Assembly (NCBI GenBank): GCA_964469055.1
Contig: CAYXXN010000002.1
Location: forward strand, 1-47,751
Direction: 5' to 3'
Length of the DNA: 47,751 nucleotides
Source: an uncultured Thermoanaerobaculia bacterium
Lineage (GTDB): Bacteria; Acidobacteriota; Thermoanaerobaculia; Multivoradales; JAHEKO01
The notes beneath the pieces were generated by a model, which saw only the letters and a list, made by a program, of their open reading frames with translations, was not told where the DNA came from and did no database searches. Positions 33,160 through 42,426 of this stretch are shown here, one piece after another; positions within the stretch are counted from its first letter, which is position 1; every line of letters starts with the position of its first letter. The position numbers and the translations under genes were made by a program.

Positions 33160-33885
33160 TCAGTCGCGCGGCGGCCGCGACGGCCGCAGCTCCAGGCGGC
33201 TGGGAATGGCCCGGTCGGGGTAGCGCAGGACGTCGAGGACGGCCCGCGCGACGTCCTCGGCGTGGAGCTTCCAGTCGGAGCGCGGGCGACGGCCCGCCGC
33301 GCGGAAGTCGGTGTCGACGCTGCCCGGCAGGATGGCGACCACGCGCACGCCGTGGGGACGCAGGTCGAGCATCGCCGCCTCCGAGAGGCCCAAGAGACCG
33401 AACTTGCTGGCGTTGTAGGCGGCGCCTCCGGCGAAGGGGTTCTTGGCGGCGAGCGAGGCGATGTTGACGATCCAGCCCGAGCCTTGCTGCATCATCGGCG
33501 TGGCCGCCGCACGCATGGCGTAGAAGGCGCCCGAGAGATTGGTCTCCACGACCTCGCGCCAGGTCTCGCCGGTGAGGGAGTCGACGGGGCCGAAGTGCCC
33601 GATGCCGGCGTTGTTGACCAGGCAGTCGAGGCGACCCGCCTCGGCGATGACCCAGGCGACCAGCGCATCGACCTCCTCCTGCCGCCGCACGTCGGCAGGA
33701 CGGCCGGCGATCCTGCCCGGGTGTCGGGGAGCGAGCTCCAAGAGCGCCGCGTCGACCGATGCCGGCGAGCGGCTGCAGAAGAAGACCTGCCAGCTCTCGC
33801 CGAGCAGCCCCTCGACGACGGCCCGGCCAATGCCGCGGCTGCCGCCGGTGACGAGCGCGACGGAAGGCATCTCGGGACTCGACAT
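33160..33885 (-). CDS. SDR family oxidoreductase
   Basis: VALVTGGSRGIGRA cofactor motif, NNAG, and the YNASK catalytic motif. Confidence 0.9.
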   Translation of the reverse strand: MSSPEMPSVALVTGGSRGIGRAVVEGLLGESWQVFFCSRSPASVDAALLELAPRHPGRIAGRPADVRRQEEVDALVAWVIAEAGRLDCLVNNAGIGHFGPVDSLTGETWREVVETNLSGAFYAMRAAATPMMQQGSGWIVNIASLAAKNPFAGGAAYNASKFGLLGLSEAAMLDLRPHGVRVVAILPGSVDTDFRAAGRRPRSDWKLHAEDVARAVLDVLRYPDRAIPSRLELRPSRPPRD

Positions 33886-33891
33886 GCTCCG

Positions 33892-33897
33892 ACTCTA
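33892..33897 (-). promoter_or_regulatory. -10 box candidate (TAGAGT)
   Basis: Minus-strand TAGAGT, 6 nt upstream of ATG 33885. Confidence 0.3.
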
Positions 33898-33968
33898 ACG
33901 GAGCCTCGAGGCATCGGTTATATTGACCGGGTCGGCTCGGCGCCGCGCCGGGCCAGGAGGCTTCGACG

Positions 33969-34661
33969 ATGTACTTCGACCCACTCTACCTGCTGATCGC
34001 GCTGCCGGCGCTGGCCCTCTCGCTGTGGGCGACCTTCATGACCCGGTCGGCATTCAAGAAATACTCCAAGGTTCGAGTCCTCTCCGGGCTGACCGGCGCC
34101 CAGGCGGCACAGCGCATGCTCGAGCGGGCCGGGATCTCCGACGTCAAGGTCGTGCCGACCCGCGGCATGCTCTCCGACCACTACAACCCGGTGAACAAGA
34201 CATTGGCGCTCTCGGAGCCGGTCTACGGCACGCCGTCGATCGCCGCCGTCGGAGTCGCTTGCCACGAGGCGGGACACGCCATCCAGCACGCCCGCGCCTA
34301 CCGGCCCCTGTGGCTCCGCTCGGCGCTGGTGCCGACGGTGAAGATCGGCTCGTCGGCGAGCTACCTCATCATCATGGCCGGCTTCCTGATGAGTAGCCAG
34401 AACCTGATCCTGCTCGGCGCCTTCGCCTTCAGCGCCGTCGTCCTCTTCCAGATCGTGACCCTGCCGGTCGAGTTCGACGCGACGGCCCGAGCCAAGAAGC
34501 TCGCCGTCGAGAACGGCATCGTGCTCGAGTCTGAGCGGGCCGGCATGGACAAGGTCCTGAACGCCGCCGCCCTGACCTACGTCGCCGCAGTGATCTCTTC
34601 GCTGCTGACGTTGCTCTATTACCTGTATCGGGCTGGTGTGTTCGGGGGCCGGCGGAGCTAG
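33969..34661 (+). CDS. zinc metallopeptidase (YugP-like, membrane-associated)
   Basis: MYFDPLYLL N-terminus, HEAGHAIQ zinc motif, TM helices at both ends. SD AGGAGG upstream. Confidence 0.85.
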   Translation: MYFDPLYLLIALPALALSLWATFMTRSAFKKYSKVRVLSGLTGAQAAQRMLERAGISDVKVVPTRGMLSDHYNPVNKTLALSEPVYGTPSIAAVGVACHEAGHAIQHARAYRPLWLRSALVPTVKIGSSASYLIIMAGFLMSSQNLILLGAFAFSAVVLFQIVTLPVEFDATARAKKLAVENGIVLESERAGMDKVLNAAALTYVAAVISSLLTLLYYLYRAGVFGGRRS

Positions 34662-36013
34662 ACCGGCTCGCCCAGGATCGCTACCAGCTCGGCTCGCCGC
34701 CGTTCGAGCAGTTCGGCGTTGTTGGCCTCGAGCACCAGCCGCAGCAGCGGCTCGGTGTTCGAGGGTCGCACGTTGAACCACCAGTCGGGGTACTGGACGG
34801 TGACCCCGTCCAGGTAGTCGACCGCGCCGTCGGCGTAGCGACGGGCGAGGGCTTCGATCATGCCCTGCTTGTCGTCGACCTCGAAGTTGGTCTCCGGCAG
34901 CTTGGCGTAGCGCTCGAGCGGGCGCACCAGCTCGGAGAGCGGCCGGCCGCTCGCGCGCAGGAGGTTGATGATCTCGACGACCGCCATTAGGGCGCAGTCG
35001 GCGAAGTAGTTGTCGCGGAAGTAGTAGTGGCCGGCGAGCTCGCCGCCGAAGATGCCGTCGCGGTCGCGCAGCGTCGCCTTGATGAAGGAGTGGCCAACCC
35101 GCTCGCGCACCGGCACGCCGCCCCGCTCGGCGATGTATTCCGCCACGGCCCGCGACGAGCGCAGATCGTAGATCACGGCGCGGCCGGGCTGACGGGCCAG
35201 GAGCTCGCCGGCGATGAGGGCGGTCGCGAGGTCGCTGCCGATGGGCTCACCACGCTCGTCGATGAAGGCGGCGCGGTCGGCGTCGCCGTCGAAGGCGACG
35301 CCGAGATCGGCGCCCGTCTCGCGCACCTTGGCGGAAGCGGCCGCCAGGTTCTCGAGCTTCAAGGGGTTGGCCTCGTGGTTGGGGAACCGTCCATCGAGCT
35401 CGAAGTAGAGGGGGAAGAGGTCGACGCCGGCTTGCCGCAGCAGCGGCGCGTAGATCGTGCCCATGCCGTTGCCGGCGTCGGCCACGATCGCGAGGCGGCG
35501 TCCTCCGGCGCGGGGATGGAGGTGTGAGAGCACGTGCTCGCCGTAGGCGGCGAAGACCTGGGCTGTGGAACGACGTCCGGGTCGCGCCGCCCTCGGCAGG
35601 TCACCCTCGGCGAGCGCGCGCTCGAGCCGCGGGATCCCCGAGTTGCCGGACACCGGCCGTGCTTCGTGGCGGGACAGCTTGAAGCCGTTGTAGCGCTCGG
35701 GGTTGTGGCTGGCCGTGACCTGGATGCCGCCGGCCGCGCCGAGGTGGCCGACGGCGAAGTAGTTCATCGGTGTCGTCGCCAGGCCGATGTCGACGACGTC
35801 GAGCCCCGAGGCGAGGAGACCCTCGACCAGCGCGGCTTGCAGAGGCGCGCTGTGCGAGCGCATGTCGCGGGAGACGACGACGGCGTTGCCACGCGCTCGG
35901 TCCGAGGCGTCGAGCAGGTGCTGGAAGGCGAGGCCGATCCTCGCCGCCACGGCCTCGTCGATCTCGCCGGGGTAGAGGCCCCGCACGTCGTAGGCCTTGA
36001 AGATGCCCGCCAT
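34658..36013 (-). CDS. phosphomannomutase/phosphoglucomutase
   Basis: IFKAYDVRG, active-site TASHNP, Mg loop FDGDADR. 451 aa. Confidence 0.92.
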   Translation of the reverse strand: MAGIFKAYDVRGLYPGEIDEAVAARIGLAFQHLLDASDRARGNAVVVSRDMRSHSAPLQAALVEGLLASGLDVVDIGLATTPMNYFAVGHLGAAGGIQVTASHNPERYNGFKLSRHEARPVSGNSGIPRLERALAEGDLPRAARPGRRSTAQVFAAYGEHVLSHLHPRAGGRRLAIVADAGNGMGTIYAPLLRQAGVDLFPLYFELDGRFPNHEANPLKLENLAAASAKVRETGADLGVAFDGDADRAAFIDERGEPIGSDLATALIAGELLARQPGRAVIYDLRSSRAVAEYIAERGGVPVRERVGHSFIKATLRDRDGIFGGELAGHYYFRDNYFADCALMAVVEIINLLRASGRPLSELVRPLERYAKLPETNFEVDDKQGMIEALARRYADGAVDYLDGVTVQYPDWWFNVRPSNTEPLLRLVLEANNAELLERRRAELVAILGEPV

Positions 36014-36046
36014 CGCTACGTCGCGTCTCGAGCCGGCCGCGGACGG

Positions 36047-37066
36047 CTACTTGCTGTCGGCGCGCGCGCCGGCCCCCTCGGCGACACCGTCCAGCCAGCG
36101 TCCCAGACGCGACGCGAACGCCGCCGGCTCCTCGAGGTGGGGCAGGTTGGCGCTCGCCTCGAAGACCTCGAGCCGCGCGCGCGGCGCCCGATGCAGCCAC
36201 AAGTCGGCGGACTCGATCGGCGGGTGGGTGGCGGCGCGGCCCCAGGCGAGCCAGAGCGGCGTCGCCAGCCGCGACAGGGCTTCGCTTGCGGCATGGTTGG
36301 AGTAGCCTGCCAGCAGGGCAGCGAGCGCCGCGTGGGTACCGCGCTGGTGGCTCGAGCGGTAGTGGTGGTCGAGCTGCGCCGGATCGGCGTTGTCGGCGAC
36401 GGCGAGGTCGCGCCGCTGATACTGGGCGAGGGCCCCCCGGCTGGTGTAGAGGTTGAGCGCCGAGGTGCCGAGCACGGGAAAGCGCAGCGCCCAGTGGACC
36501 AGCGCGTCCCTCAAGTCGGGCTCGTCGGCGTGGAGGTCGATGCCCGCCGGGGTAACGAGTGCCAGGGCCGACAGCAGGTCGGGCCGATCGACGGTCACCT
36601 GCAGCGCGTAGGTCGCTGGCAGGCCCGCCGCCACGAGCGTCGAGCGCTCGCCGATCACGTCCTCGAGCAGGTCGACGAGCAGCCGGATGTAGAGCTCGCC
36701 GTCGTAGTGGAGGGCCGGCTTGTCCGAGCGGCCCCAGCCCAAGAGGTCCACGGCTACGACCCGGTGGTCGCTGGCCAACCGCTCGGCGGCGGCTCGCCAC
36801 TCCTCGCTGTCGTGGCCGGGGCCGAGAGAGTGGACCAGCAGGAGCGGCCGCCCTTCGCCGAAGTCTTGGTAGGCCACCTCGCCGTGACGCCAGACGTAGC
36901 GCCGGCCGCGGCCCCAGGAGGCCGGCGGGAGCGGCCGCACCCGGCGGGCGATCAAGGCATTGGCAAGGGCGGGTAGCCCGACCGCCGCTCCGCCCAGCAG
37001 CAGGCCTCGCGCCAGCCGGCGGCGGCGGCGGCGTTTCTGCTCCTCGCCCGAGGTCAGGGCCGTCAT
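36047..37066 (-). CDS. alpha/beta hydrolase with N-terminal membrane anchor/Arg-rich signal
   Basis: LLLVHSLGPG, VVAVDLLGWGRSDKP, C-terminal PHLEEP. ATG 37066 (MTALTS) is preferred because a -10-like box lies 9 nt upstream. ATG 37111 is the alternative. Confidence 0.78.
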   Translation of the reverse strand: MTALTSGEEQKRRRRRRLARGLLLGGAAVGLPALANALIARRVRPLPPASWGRGRRYVWRHGEVAYQDFGEGRPLLLVHSLGPGHDSEEWRAAAERLASDHRVVAVDLLGWGRSDKPALHYDGELYIRLLVDLLEDVIGERSTLVAAGLPATYALQVTVDRPDLLSALALVTPAGIDLHADEPDLRDALVHWALRFPVLGTSALNLYTSRGALAQYQRRDLAVADNADPAQLDHHYRSSHQRGTHAALAALLAGYSNHAASEALSRLATPLWLAWGRAATHPPIESADLWLHRAPRARLEVFEASANLPHLEEPAAFASRLGRWLDGVAEGAGARADSK

Positions 37067-37075
37067 GGGGGCGCA

Positions 37076-37084
37076 ACAATAACA
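37076..37084 (-). promoter_or_regulatory. extended -10 candidate (TGtTATTGT on minus strand)
   Basis: 9 nt upstream of ATG 37066. Confidence 0.3.
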
Positions 37085-37110
37085 GGGCGGAGCGGCGGCG
37101 GGCCGGCGCA

Positions 37111-37116
37111 TAGAAT
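37111..37116 (+). promoter_or_regulatory. -10 box candidate (TAGAAT) for leaderless rlmH
   Basis: 9 nt upstream of ATG 37126. No SD. Confidence 0.35.
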
Positions 37117-37125
37117 GCCGCCCCC

Positions 37126-37602
37126 ATGGCTCGCGAGCTCGTCGTCGCCTGGGTCGGCCGGCATCGGCGCGACGACTGGGAGCGGCTGTGCGCGCCGTAC
37201 CGCGAGCGGATCGGCCGTCACCTCGCCGTGCGGGAGGTCGCCGTGCTCGAGCGCGCCCGCGGTGGCGCCCGCGAGCGGGCCGCGCGCGAGGGCGTCGCCC
37301 TGTTGGCGGCCCTGCCCGACGCGTGCTGGCTGGTCGCCCTCGATCGCCGCGGCCGGGCACTCTCGTCGGAGGAGCTGGCCCGTTGGCTCGCCAACCTGAT
37401 CGAACGCTGGCCGCACTCGATCGTCTTCGCGATCGGCTCGGACATCGGTCTCGGCCCCGCGATCCTGGAGGCGGCCCGGGAGCGACTCTCGCTGGGGCCT
37501 CTGACGCTGCCGCACGAACTGACCCGGCTGGTGCTCTACGAGCAGTTGGTTCGCGCCCTATCCATCAGTGCGGGAATGAAGTACCATCGCGGGCCGTTGT
37601 AA
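37126..37602 (+). CDS. rlmH: 23S rRNA (pseudouridine1915-N3)-methyltransferase RlmH (SPOUT)
   Basis: 158 aa. LS.G.LTLPHEL.R..L.EQLYRA-type C-terminal knot motif (LSLGPLTLPHELTRLVLYEQLVRA). Confidence 0.88.
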   Translation: MARELVVAWVGRHRRDDWERLCAPYRERIGRHLAVREVAVLERARGGARERAAREGVALLAALPDACWLVALDRRGRALSSEELARWLANLIERWPHSIVFAIGSDIGLGPAILEAARERLSLGPLTLPHELTRLVLYEQLVRALSISAGMKYHRGPL

Positions 37603-37629
37603 GCGCCCCGGGAAGAGGAGCCGAGCATC

Positions 37630-38022
37630 GTGCCACGGTCCGACGCGCGGAAAGCCACCAAGAAGCGGGACCCGCAGGAGAAGCTGCGCGAGCTGTTGCT
37701 CGCGCATCGGCAGGAGATCCTGAATCTCTACGAGCGCGACCTGCGTGCCGGCCAGGAAGCGGGCGACGAGAGCGCCGACGACATCGTCGATCGCGCCAAC
37801 AGCGCCTACAGCCGCGAGTTCCTGTTCTCCCTGACCGGCGGCGAGCGCGACCTGCTCCAAGAGATCGAGGGGGCGTTGGTGAAGCTGGACCAGGGCAGCT
37901 ACGGCACCTGCGAGTCGTGCGGCAACGGGATCGGCGCGGCGCGGTTGCAGGCTCTGCCGTGGGCCCGCTACTGTATCGACTGCCAAGAAAAGGTCGAGCA
38001 GGGCTTGGGCCCCGAAGACTGA
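37630..38022 (+). CDS. DksA/TraR family C4-type zinc-finger protein
   Basis: GTG start with SD GAGGAG. Coiled coil with the DIVDRA (DxxDxA) tip motif. CESCG...CIDCQ zinc finger. Confidence 0.85.
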   Translation: MPRSDARKATKKRDPQEKLRELLLAHRQEILNLYERDLRAGQEAGDESADDIVDRANSAYSREFLFSLTGGERDLLQEIEGALVKLDQGSYGTCESCGNGIGAARLQALPWARYCIDCQEKVEQGLGPED

Positions 38023-38029
38023 AGCGCCC

Positions 38030-39415
38030 ATGAAAGTCCGGACGTTCGCCGCCATCTTGTTCGCGCTGGCGGCCGTCGTCGCGGTTTCCTACTTCAGCAC
38101 GCAGAACTCCGAGTTGCTCGCGCGACCGTTCGCGCTCGGATCCGCGGCCTCGGTCCCGCTCTATGCGGCGCTCATCTGCGTCTTCCTCGCGGGTTTTCTC
38201 CCGGCCGTCTCCGTCCTCCTCGTCCAGAACCTGCGCCGTGAGCTCGCGGCGCGGCGCGAGCGCCGTCGCGAACGGGAGGCGCAGAGCTTGCGCGGCAGCT
38301 TCCGGCGGGCCGTCGACCTGCAGGTGGACGGTCAGTGGGCACGGGCCGCCGCCGAGCTCGAGGCCGTGCAGGCCGAGCAGCCGGAGGATTTCGGCACCTT
38401 GCTGCGCTACGGCCAGGTGCTGCGCAGCCAAGGTCGCGTGGACGAGGCGCTCGAGGCGCATCGCCGCGCCTCGGTGCTGTACCCGCAGAGCACGGCGGTG
38501 CTCTACGAGCTGGCGCTCGACTACGCCGAGCGCGGCGAGCACGAGGTCGCCGAGCAGATCTGGGACCGCATCGGTCGCGATTTCCCGGGCATGGGCCTCG
38601 CGGTGCTGCGCCGGCGCCGGACCGAGGCCATCGAGAACGAGGACTGGGCAGCCGCGGCGCGGCTCGAGGAGCGCCTCGAGGCCCTGGAGGCCGAAGGCGG
38701 CGCGGCGCCCGACGTCGCCGAGCGCGCCCTGCGGCGCGGTCTGCGCTACGAGTCGGCCGTGGCCCTGCTCGACGCCGGGCGGGTGGTCGAGGCGAGGGCC
38801 GTGTGCGACGACCTGCTGGCGGCGGATCCCGCGTTTCGCCCCGCCTTGTTGTTGCTCGGTGAGGCGGCCCTGGTGGACGGTGACGAGGCGCAGGCCGTGG
38901 CGCTGTGGCGCCAAGGCTTCGCGGCCACCGGCAGCCCCGTGTTCCTGCAGCGGGTGGAGGACCATTGGCTCGAGCGCGAGGATCCGTTGAGCGCTATCGA
39001 GACCCTGCACGAGGTGATCGGACGAGCCGCGGACGACCTGCTGCCGCGCTATCTCCTCGGCCGCCTCTACACACGGCTCGAGATGCACGACGAGGCGCTG
39101 CGGGTGCTCGCCGATCTCGACGAGAGCATCGGCGACTCGCCAACCTACTGGCGACTCCTCGGCCGGCTGCACGAGCGGCGCGGCGAGATGGGGCGGGCCG
39201 TGGCCGCCCTCTTCGCCGGCCTGCGGGCGAGCGGCACGGCGGCTGCAGAGTGGGTGTGCGCGCTGTGCGAAGTGCGCAGCGACCATTGGGTCGACCGCTG
39301 CCAGCTCTGCGGGGAGTGGGGAACGGTGGATCTCGACTTCCCGGTCGAGGAGACGAGCGGCCCGGCCCTCGCTCGGCTGCAGCCGGTGCGGGACGCGGAG
39401 GGGGAGCCTCTCTGA
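38030..39415 (+). CDS. lapB: LapA-like membrane domain fused to LapB/YciM-like TPR protein with C-terminal rubredoxin-type zinc ribbon
   Basis: Two N-terminal TM helices (DUF1049/LapA-like), then TPR repeats, then C-terminal CALCE...CQLCGEWGT (CxxC-x10-CxxC). Confidence 0.72.
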   Translation: MKVRTFAAILFALAAVVAVSYFSTQNSELLARPFALGSAASVPLYAALICVFLAGFLPAVSVLLVQNLRRELAARRERRREREAQSLRGSFRRAVDLQVDGQWARAAAELEAVQAEQPEDFGTLLRYGQVLRSQGRVDEALEAHRRASVLYPQSTAVLYELALDYAERGEHEVAEQIWDRIGRDFPGMGLAVLRRRRTEAIENEDWAAAARLEERLEALEAEGGAAPDVAERALRRGLRYESAVALLDAGRVVEARAVCDDLLAADPAFRPALLLLGEAALVDGDEAQAVALWRQGFAATGSPVFLQRVEDHWLEREDPLSAIETLHEVIGRAADDLLPRYLLGRLYTRLEMHDEALRVLADLDESIGDSPTYWRLLGRLHERRGEMGRAVAALFAGLRASGTAAAEWVCALCEVRSDHWVDRCQLCGEWGTVDLDFPVEETSGPALARLQPVRDAEGEPL

Positions 39416-40848
39416 TCGAGCCCCTGCTCGGCGCCATCGCGCAGGGCCGCGTCGAACCCCTTTACCTCGTGGCCGGCGACCGAGTGGTAGCCGAGCCGGC
39501 GGCGGTGCGCCTGGGGGCGGCCATCGCCGCTCGCGGCGGCCACGAAGTCGAGGTGGTCAAGCGGCCGCCGGGTCTCGCCCCGTGGCTCGGCAGCCTCCGC
39601 ACTTTGTCCCTGTTCTCGACGTCTCGCACCCTCGTCGTCGTCGAGAGCGCGGTCCTCGCCGACCGCGCGGCGGCCGCCGACCTGCTGGACGAGGCGGCCG
39701 AGGTCGAACCGTTGGAGCCGGGTGGCGAGCTCTCCAGCGAGGAGCGCCGCGCCGCCAGCCGACTGTGGCAGGCGCTGCGCCTCTTCGGCATCGACCCGCA
39801 GGCCGGCAGCGTCGGCGGCGCGCTCGACGCGCTGCCGGCCTGGGCTCTCCAGGGCGGCCGCGCCTGGCGCGGCGCTCACAACCATCGGCCTCGCGGTTCT
39901 CAGAAGGCCGATGAAGTGCGAGAGCGCCTCACCGGGTTGCTGGCCGCGGCGCGGGCCGCCGACCTCAAGGGCTTCGCCGAGGGCGACCTCGAGGAGCTGG
40001 ACGAGTTGGCGCGGGGTGGCTTTCCCCCGGGCCATACCTTGATCCTCGCCGAGAGTGCCGTGGCCCGCGAGCACCCCCTCGCGAAACTGCTCGGCGAGAG
40101 GGGCGCGTTCGTCGATTTGGGGCGCGTGGAAGCGAAGGGCGGCGGCAGATGGGAGGGACTCGAGACCCTGATGGCGGTTCTTGCCTCCGAGACCCACGCG
40201 ACCATCGAGCGCGACGCCCTGGTCGAACTCGCTCGGCGTACGCTGCAGAGGGAACAGCGCCAGGGGCCGGTCCGGGCTGACTCGACGGAGCGCTTCGCGG
40301 CCGAGTACCGCAAGCTCGCGAGCTTGGCCGGCACACGCGCCATCGACCGAGCGCTGGTCGAAGCGAACGTCAATGATCGGGGTGACGAGGATGTCTGGGC
40401 CCTCCTCGACGCGATCGGCCGCGGTGAGGCGGCCCCGGCCCTCACTCGGATGGAGCGCTACCTCGCGGCGGCCGAGGACCCGATTGCGGCTCGCCTGTCG
40501 CTCTTCGCGCTGTTGGCGAGCTTCGCACGCCACCTCACGGCCGTCGCCGGCATGGCGCGCGCAGCCAGTGTGGCGCGGGGCGAGACGGACTACGACAGGA
40601 AATTCAAGCCGCTGCTGGCGCCTCTCCTGCAGCAGGACCGGCCCTACGGCGCACCCAGCCCGCTGAAGGGTGTCGACCCCTTCCGCCTCCACCGCGCCTA
40701 CCTCGCCGCCTCGCGGATGCCCGCTGAGCACCTGGAGCAGTTGCCGTGGCGCGTCCTCCAAGCCGAGTTGCTGCTCAAGGGGGGCAGCCGGCGCGCGGAC
40801 GTGGTGCTGAGCGAATGGGTGGCGGAGCTGGCGAGCGCCGGGCGCTGA
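39412..40848 (+). CDS. holA: DNA polymerase III delta subunit-like protein (HolA), start uncertain
   Basis: N-terminal PLYLVAGD..V, SLFSTSRTLVVVE, and C-terminal domain VWALLDAIGRGE...AL. About 100 aa are inserted in domain I. The canonical starts are GTG 39469, which truncates the conserved N-terminus, and GTG 39316, which overlaps lapB by 100 nt. CTG 39412 overlaps the lapB stop. Confidence 0.6.
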   Translation: MIEPLLGAIAQGRVEPLYLVAGDRVVAEPAAVRLGAAIAARGGHEVEVVKRPPGLAPWLGSLRTLSLFSTSRTLVVVESAVLADRAAAADLLDEAAEVEPLEPGGELSSEERRAASRLWQALRLFGIDPQAGSVGGALDALPAWALQGGRAWRGAHNHRPRGSQKADEVRERLTGLLAAARAADLKGFAEGDLEELDELARGGFPPGHTLILAESAVAREHPLAKLLGERGAFVDLGRVEAKGGGRWEGLETLMAVLASETHATIERDALVELARRTLQREQRQGPVRADSTERFAAEYRKLASLAGTRAIDRALVEANVNDRGDEDVWALLDAIGRGEAAPALTRMERYLAAAEDPIAARLSLFALLASFARHLTAVAGMARAASVARGETDYDRKFKPLLAPLLQQDRPYGAPSPLKGVDPFRLHRAYLAASRMPAEHLEQLPWRVLQAELLLKGGSRRADVVLSEWVAELASAGR

Positions 40849-40866
40849 GCCGTGCGGCGGCGGCAC

Positions 40867-40872
40867 TACAAT
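40867..40872 (+). promoter_or_regulatory. -10 box candidate (TACAAT) for leaderless mutM
   Basis: 7 nt upstream of GTG 40880. Confidence 0.35.
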
Positions 40873-40879
40873 CCGCCCT

Positions 40880-41704
40880 GTGCCCGAGCTGCCCGAGGTC
40901 GAGGTCCTGCGCCGCAGCCTCGCTCCGCGGCTGACGGGCGAGCGGATCGTCGCTGTCGAGGTCACGAACCGCGCCCTGCGCGAGCCCGTCGACACGCGCC
41001 GGCTGCGACGGCTGCTGCCCGGCCGGCGGATCGAGGGGTTGCGCCGGCGGGCGAAGTACCTCTGGATCGACCTCGAGGGCAGCCTCACCCTCGTCGTCCA
41101 CCTGGGGATGAGCGGCCGGCTCACCCTGGCGCCGCGCGGGACCCCACCCGAGGCGCACGAGCACGTCACTTTCCAGCTCGGCTCCGGCCGTCGCCTCCGC
41201 TTCCGCGATCCGCGCCGCTTCGGCCTGGTGCTCTTGGCGGCGACCGAGCGACTCGTCGCGGACCCGCGCTTCGCCCGGCTCGGGATCGAACCGCTCGAGG
41301 ACGGCTTCGACGGCGCGCGGCTCGCCACCGCCGCTCGCGGCCGCCGGGGGCCGGTCAAGAGCTTCCTCGTGGACGGTCGAATCGTCGTCGGTGTCGGCAA
41401 CATCTACGCCAGCGAGGCGCTCTTCGCGGCGGGCATCCACCCGCGCCGCTCGGTGGCGCGGTTGTCGGCGGCGCGCTGGCAGCGGCTGGCCGAGGCGGTG
41501 CGCACGACGCTCGCCCAAGCCATCGCCGAAGGCGGCACGACCTTGAACGACTTCACGGACGGCGAGGGCAACCCCGGCGAGTTCCAGGTGGCCCTGGCCG
41601 TCTACGGGCGGGAGGGTGCGGCCTGCCTGCGCTGCGGCGGCCGCGTGCGGCGCGCCGTGCAGGCGGGCCGCAGCACGTACTACTGCGCCACCTGCCAGCG
41701 ATGA
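40880..41704 (+). CDS. mutM: formamidopyrimidine-DNA glycosylase
   Basis: The MPELPEVE N-terminus (catalytic Pro2), an H2TH region and a C-terminal CxxC-x16-CxxC zinc finger (CLRCG...YYCATCQ). Confidence 0.93.
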   Translation: MPELPEVEVLRRSLAPRLTGERIVAVEVTNRALREPVDTRRLRRLLPGRRIEGLRRRAKYLWIDLEGSLTLVVHLGMSGRLTLAPRGTPPEAHEHVTFQLGSGRRLRFRDPRRFGLVLLAATERLVADPRFARLGIEPLEDGFDGARLATAARGRRGPVKSFLVDGRIVVGVGNIYASEALFAAGIHPRRSVARLSAARWQRLAEAVRTTLAQAIAEGGTTLNDFTDGEGNPGEFQVALAVYGREGAACLRCGGRVRRAVQAGRSTYYCATCQR

Positions 41705-42426
41705 TCCGCGCCGTGCTGCTCGACATGGGTGGCGTGCTGCTCTCCCTGGGCCCCGAGGGTGGGCTACCCGAGAGTCGCTTCGACTGGCGGGGTCGCGAGG
41801 CCCTGCTCCGGCTGCTCCAGGAGCGCGGCGGCAACTCCACATTGGACGACCTCGAGCGCCTACTCTTCGCCCCCTGGCGCTTCGAGTACGAGCAGCGCTA
41901 CGAGCTGGGCAGGGAGGCGCGCTGGGAACCGCACTTGAAACGTCTGCGGCGCGCTGCTCGGGTGCGGATGCGTGACCGCACCATGCTCGCGGCGTGGTTC
42001 CGGCCGTACGGCGATCAGCTCGGAGCGCTCCCCGGCGCCGTCGAGACCCTGGCGACGCTCCGCGACCGCGGTTTGCGCTTGGCCTTGTGCTCCAACGTCC
42101 CGTTGCCGGGGGTCCTCTACCGGCGGCTTCTCGTCCGTCACGGGCTCGCCGAGGCGATCGCCAGCTTCCACTTCAGCTACGACGAAGGCACCCGCAAACC
42201 GTCGCCCGCGCTGCTGCGCAGCGCCTTGAAAGCGCTCGACCTCTCGCCCACCCAAGCCGTCATGGTGGGTGACCGCCGCTCGAGCGACGTCGTCGCCGGC
42301 CGCGCCGCCGGCATGCGTACGGTGTGGATCCGCTCCGCGGACGGCGGCGGCCCGGCGGCCGACCACACGATCCGTGGGATCGTCGAGCTGCCGGCCCTGC
42401 TCGCCCGCGTACAATCGCGCCGATGA
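41701..42426 (+). CDS. HAD family hydrolase (DxGGV-type motif I)
   Basis: ATGA overlap with mutM. MIRAVLLDMGGVLL, CSNV, and a K...VGDR.SSDV pattern. Confidence 0.78.
   Translation: MIRAVLLDMGGVLLSLGPEGGLPESRFDWRGREALLRLLQERGGNSTLDDLERLLFAPWRFEYEQRYELGREARWEPHLKRLRRAARVRMRDRTMLAAWFRPYGDQLGALPGAVETLATLRDRGLRLALCSNVPLPGVLYRRLLVRHGLAEAIASFHFSYDEGTRKPSPALLRSALKALDLSPTQAVMVGDRRSSDVVAGRAAGMRTVWIRSADGGGPAADHTIRGIVELPALLARVQSRR

Noticed and set aside
34658-34661. Convergent genes sharing overlapping stop codons: CTAG at 34658-34661, and CTAA at 30833-30836.
   Set aside because: This is a normal consequence of tight gene packing. No regulatory significance can be argued from sequence alone.
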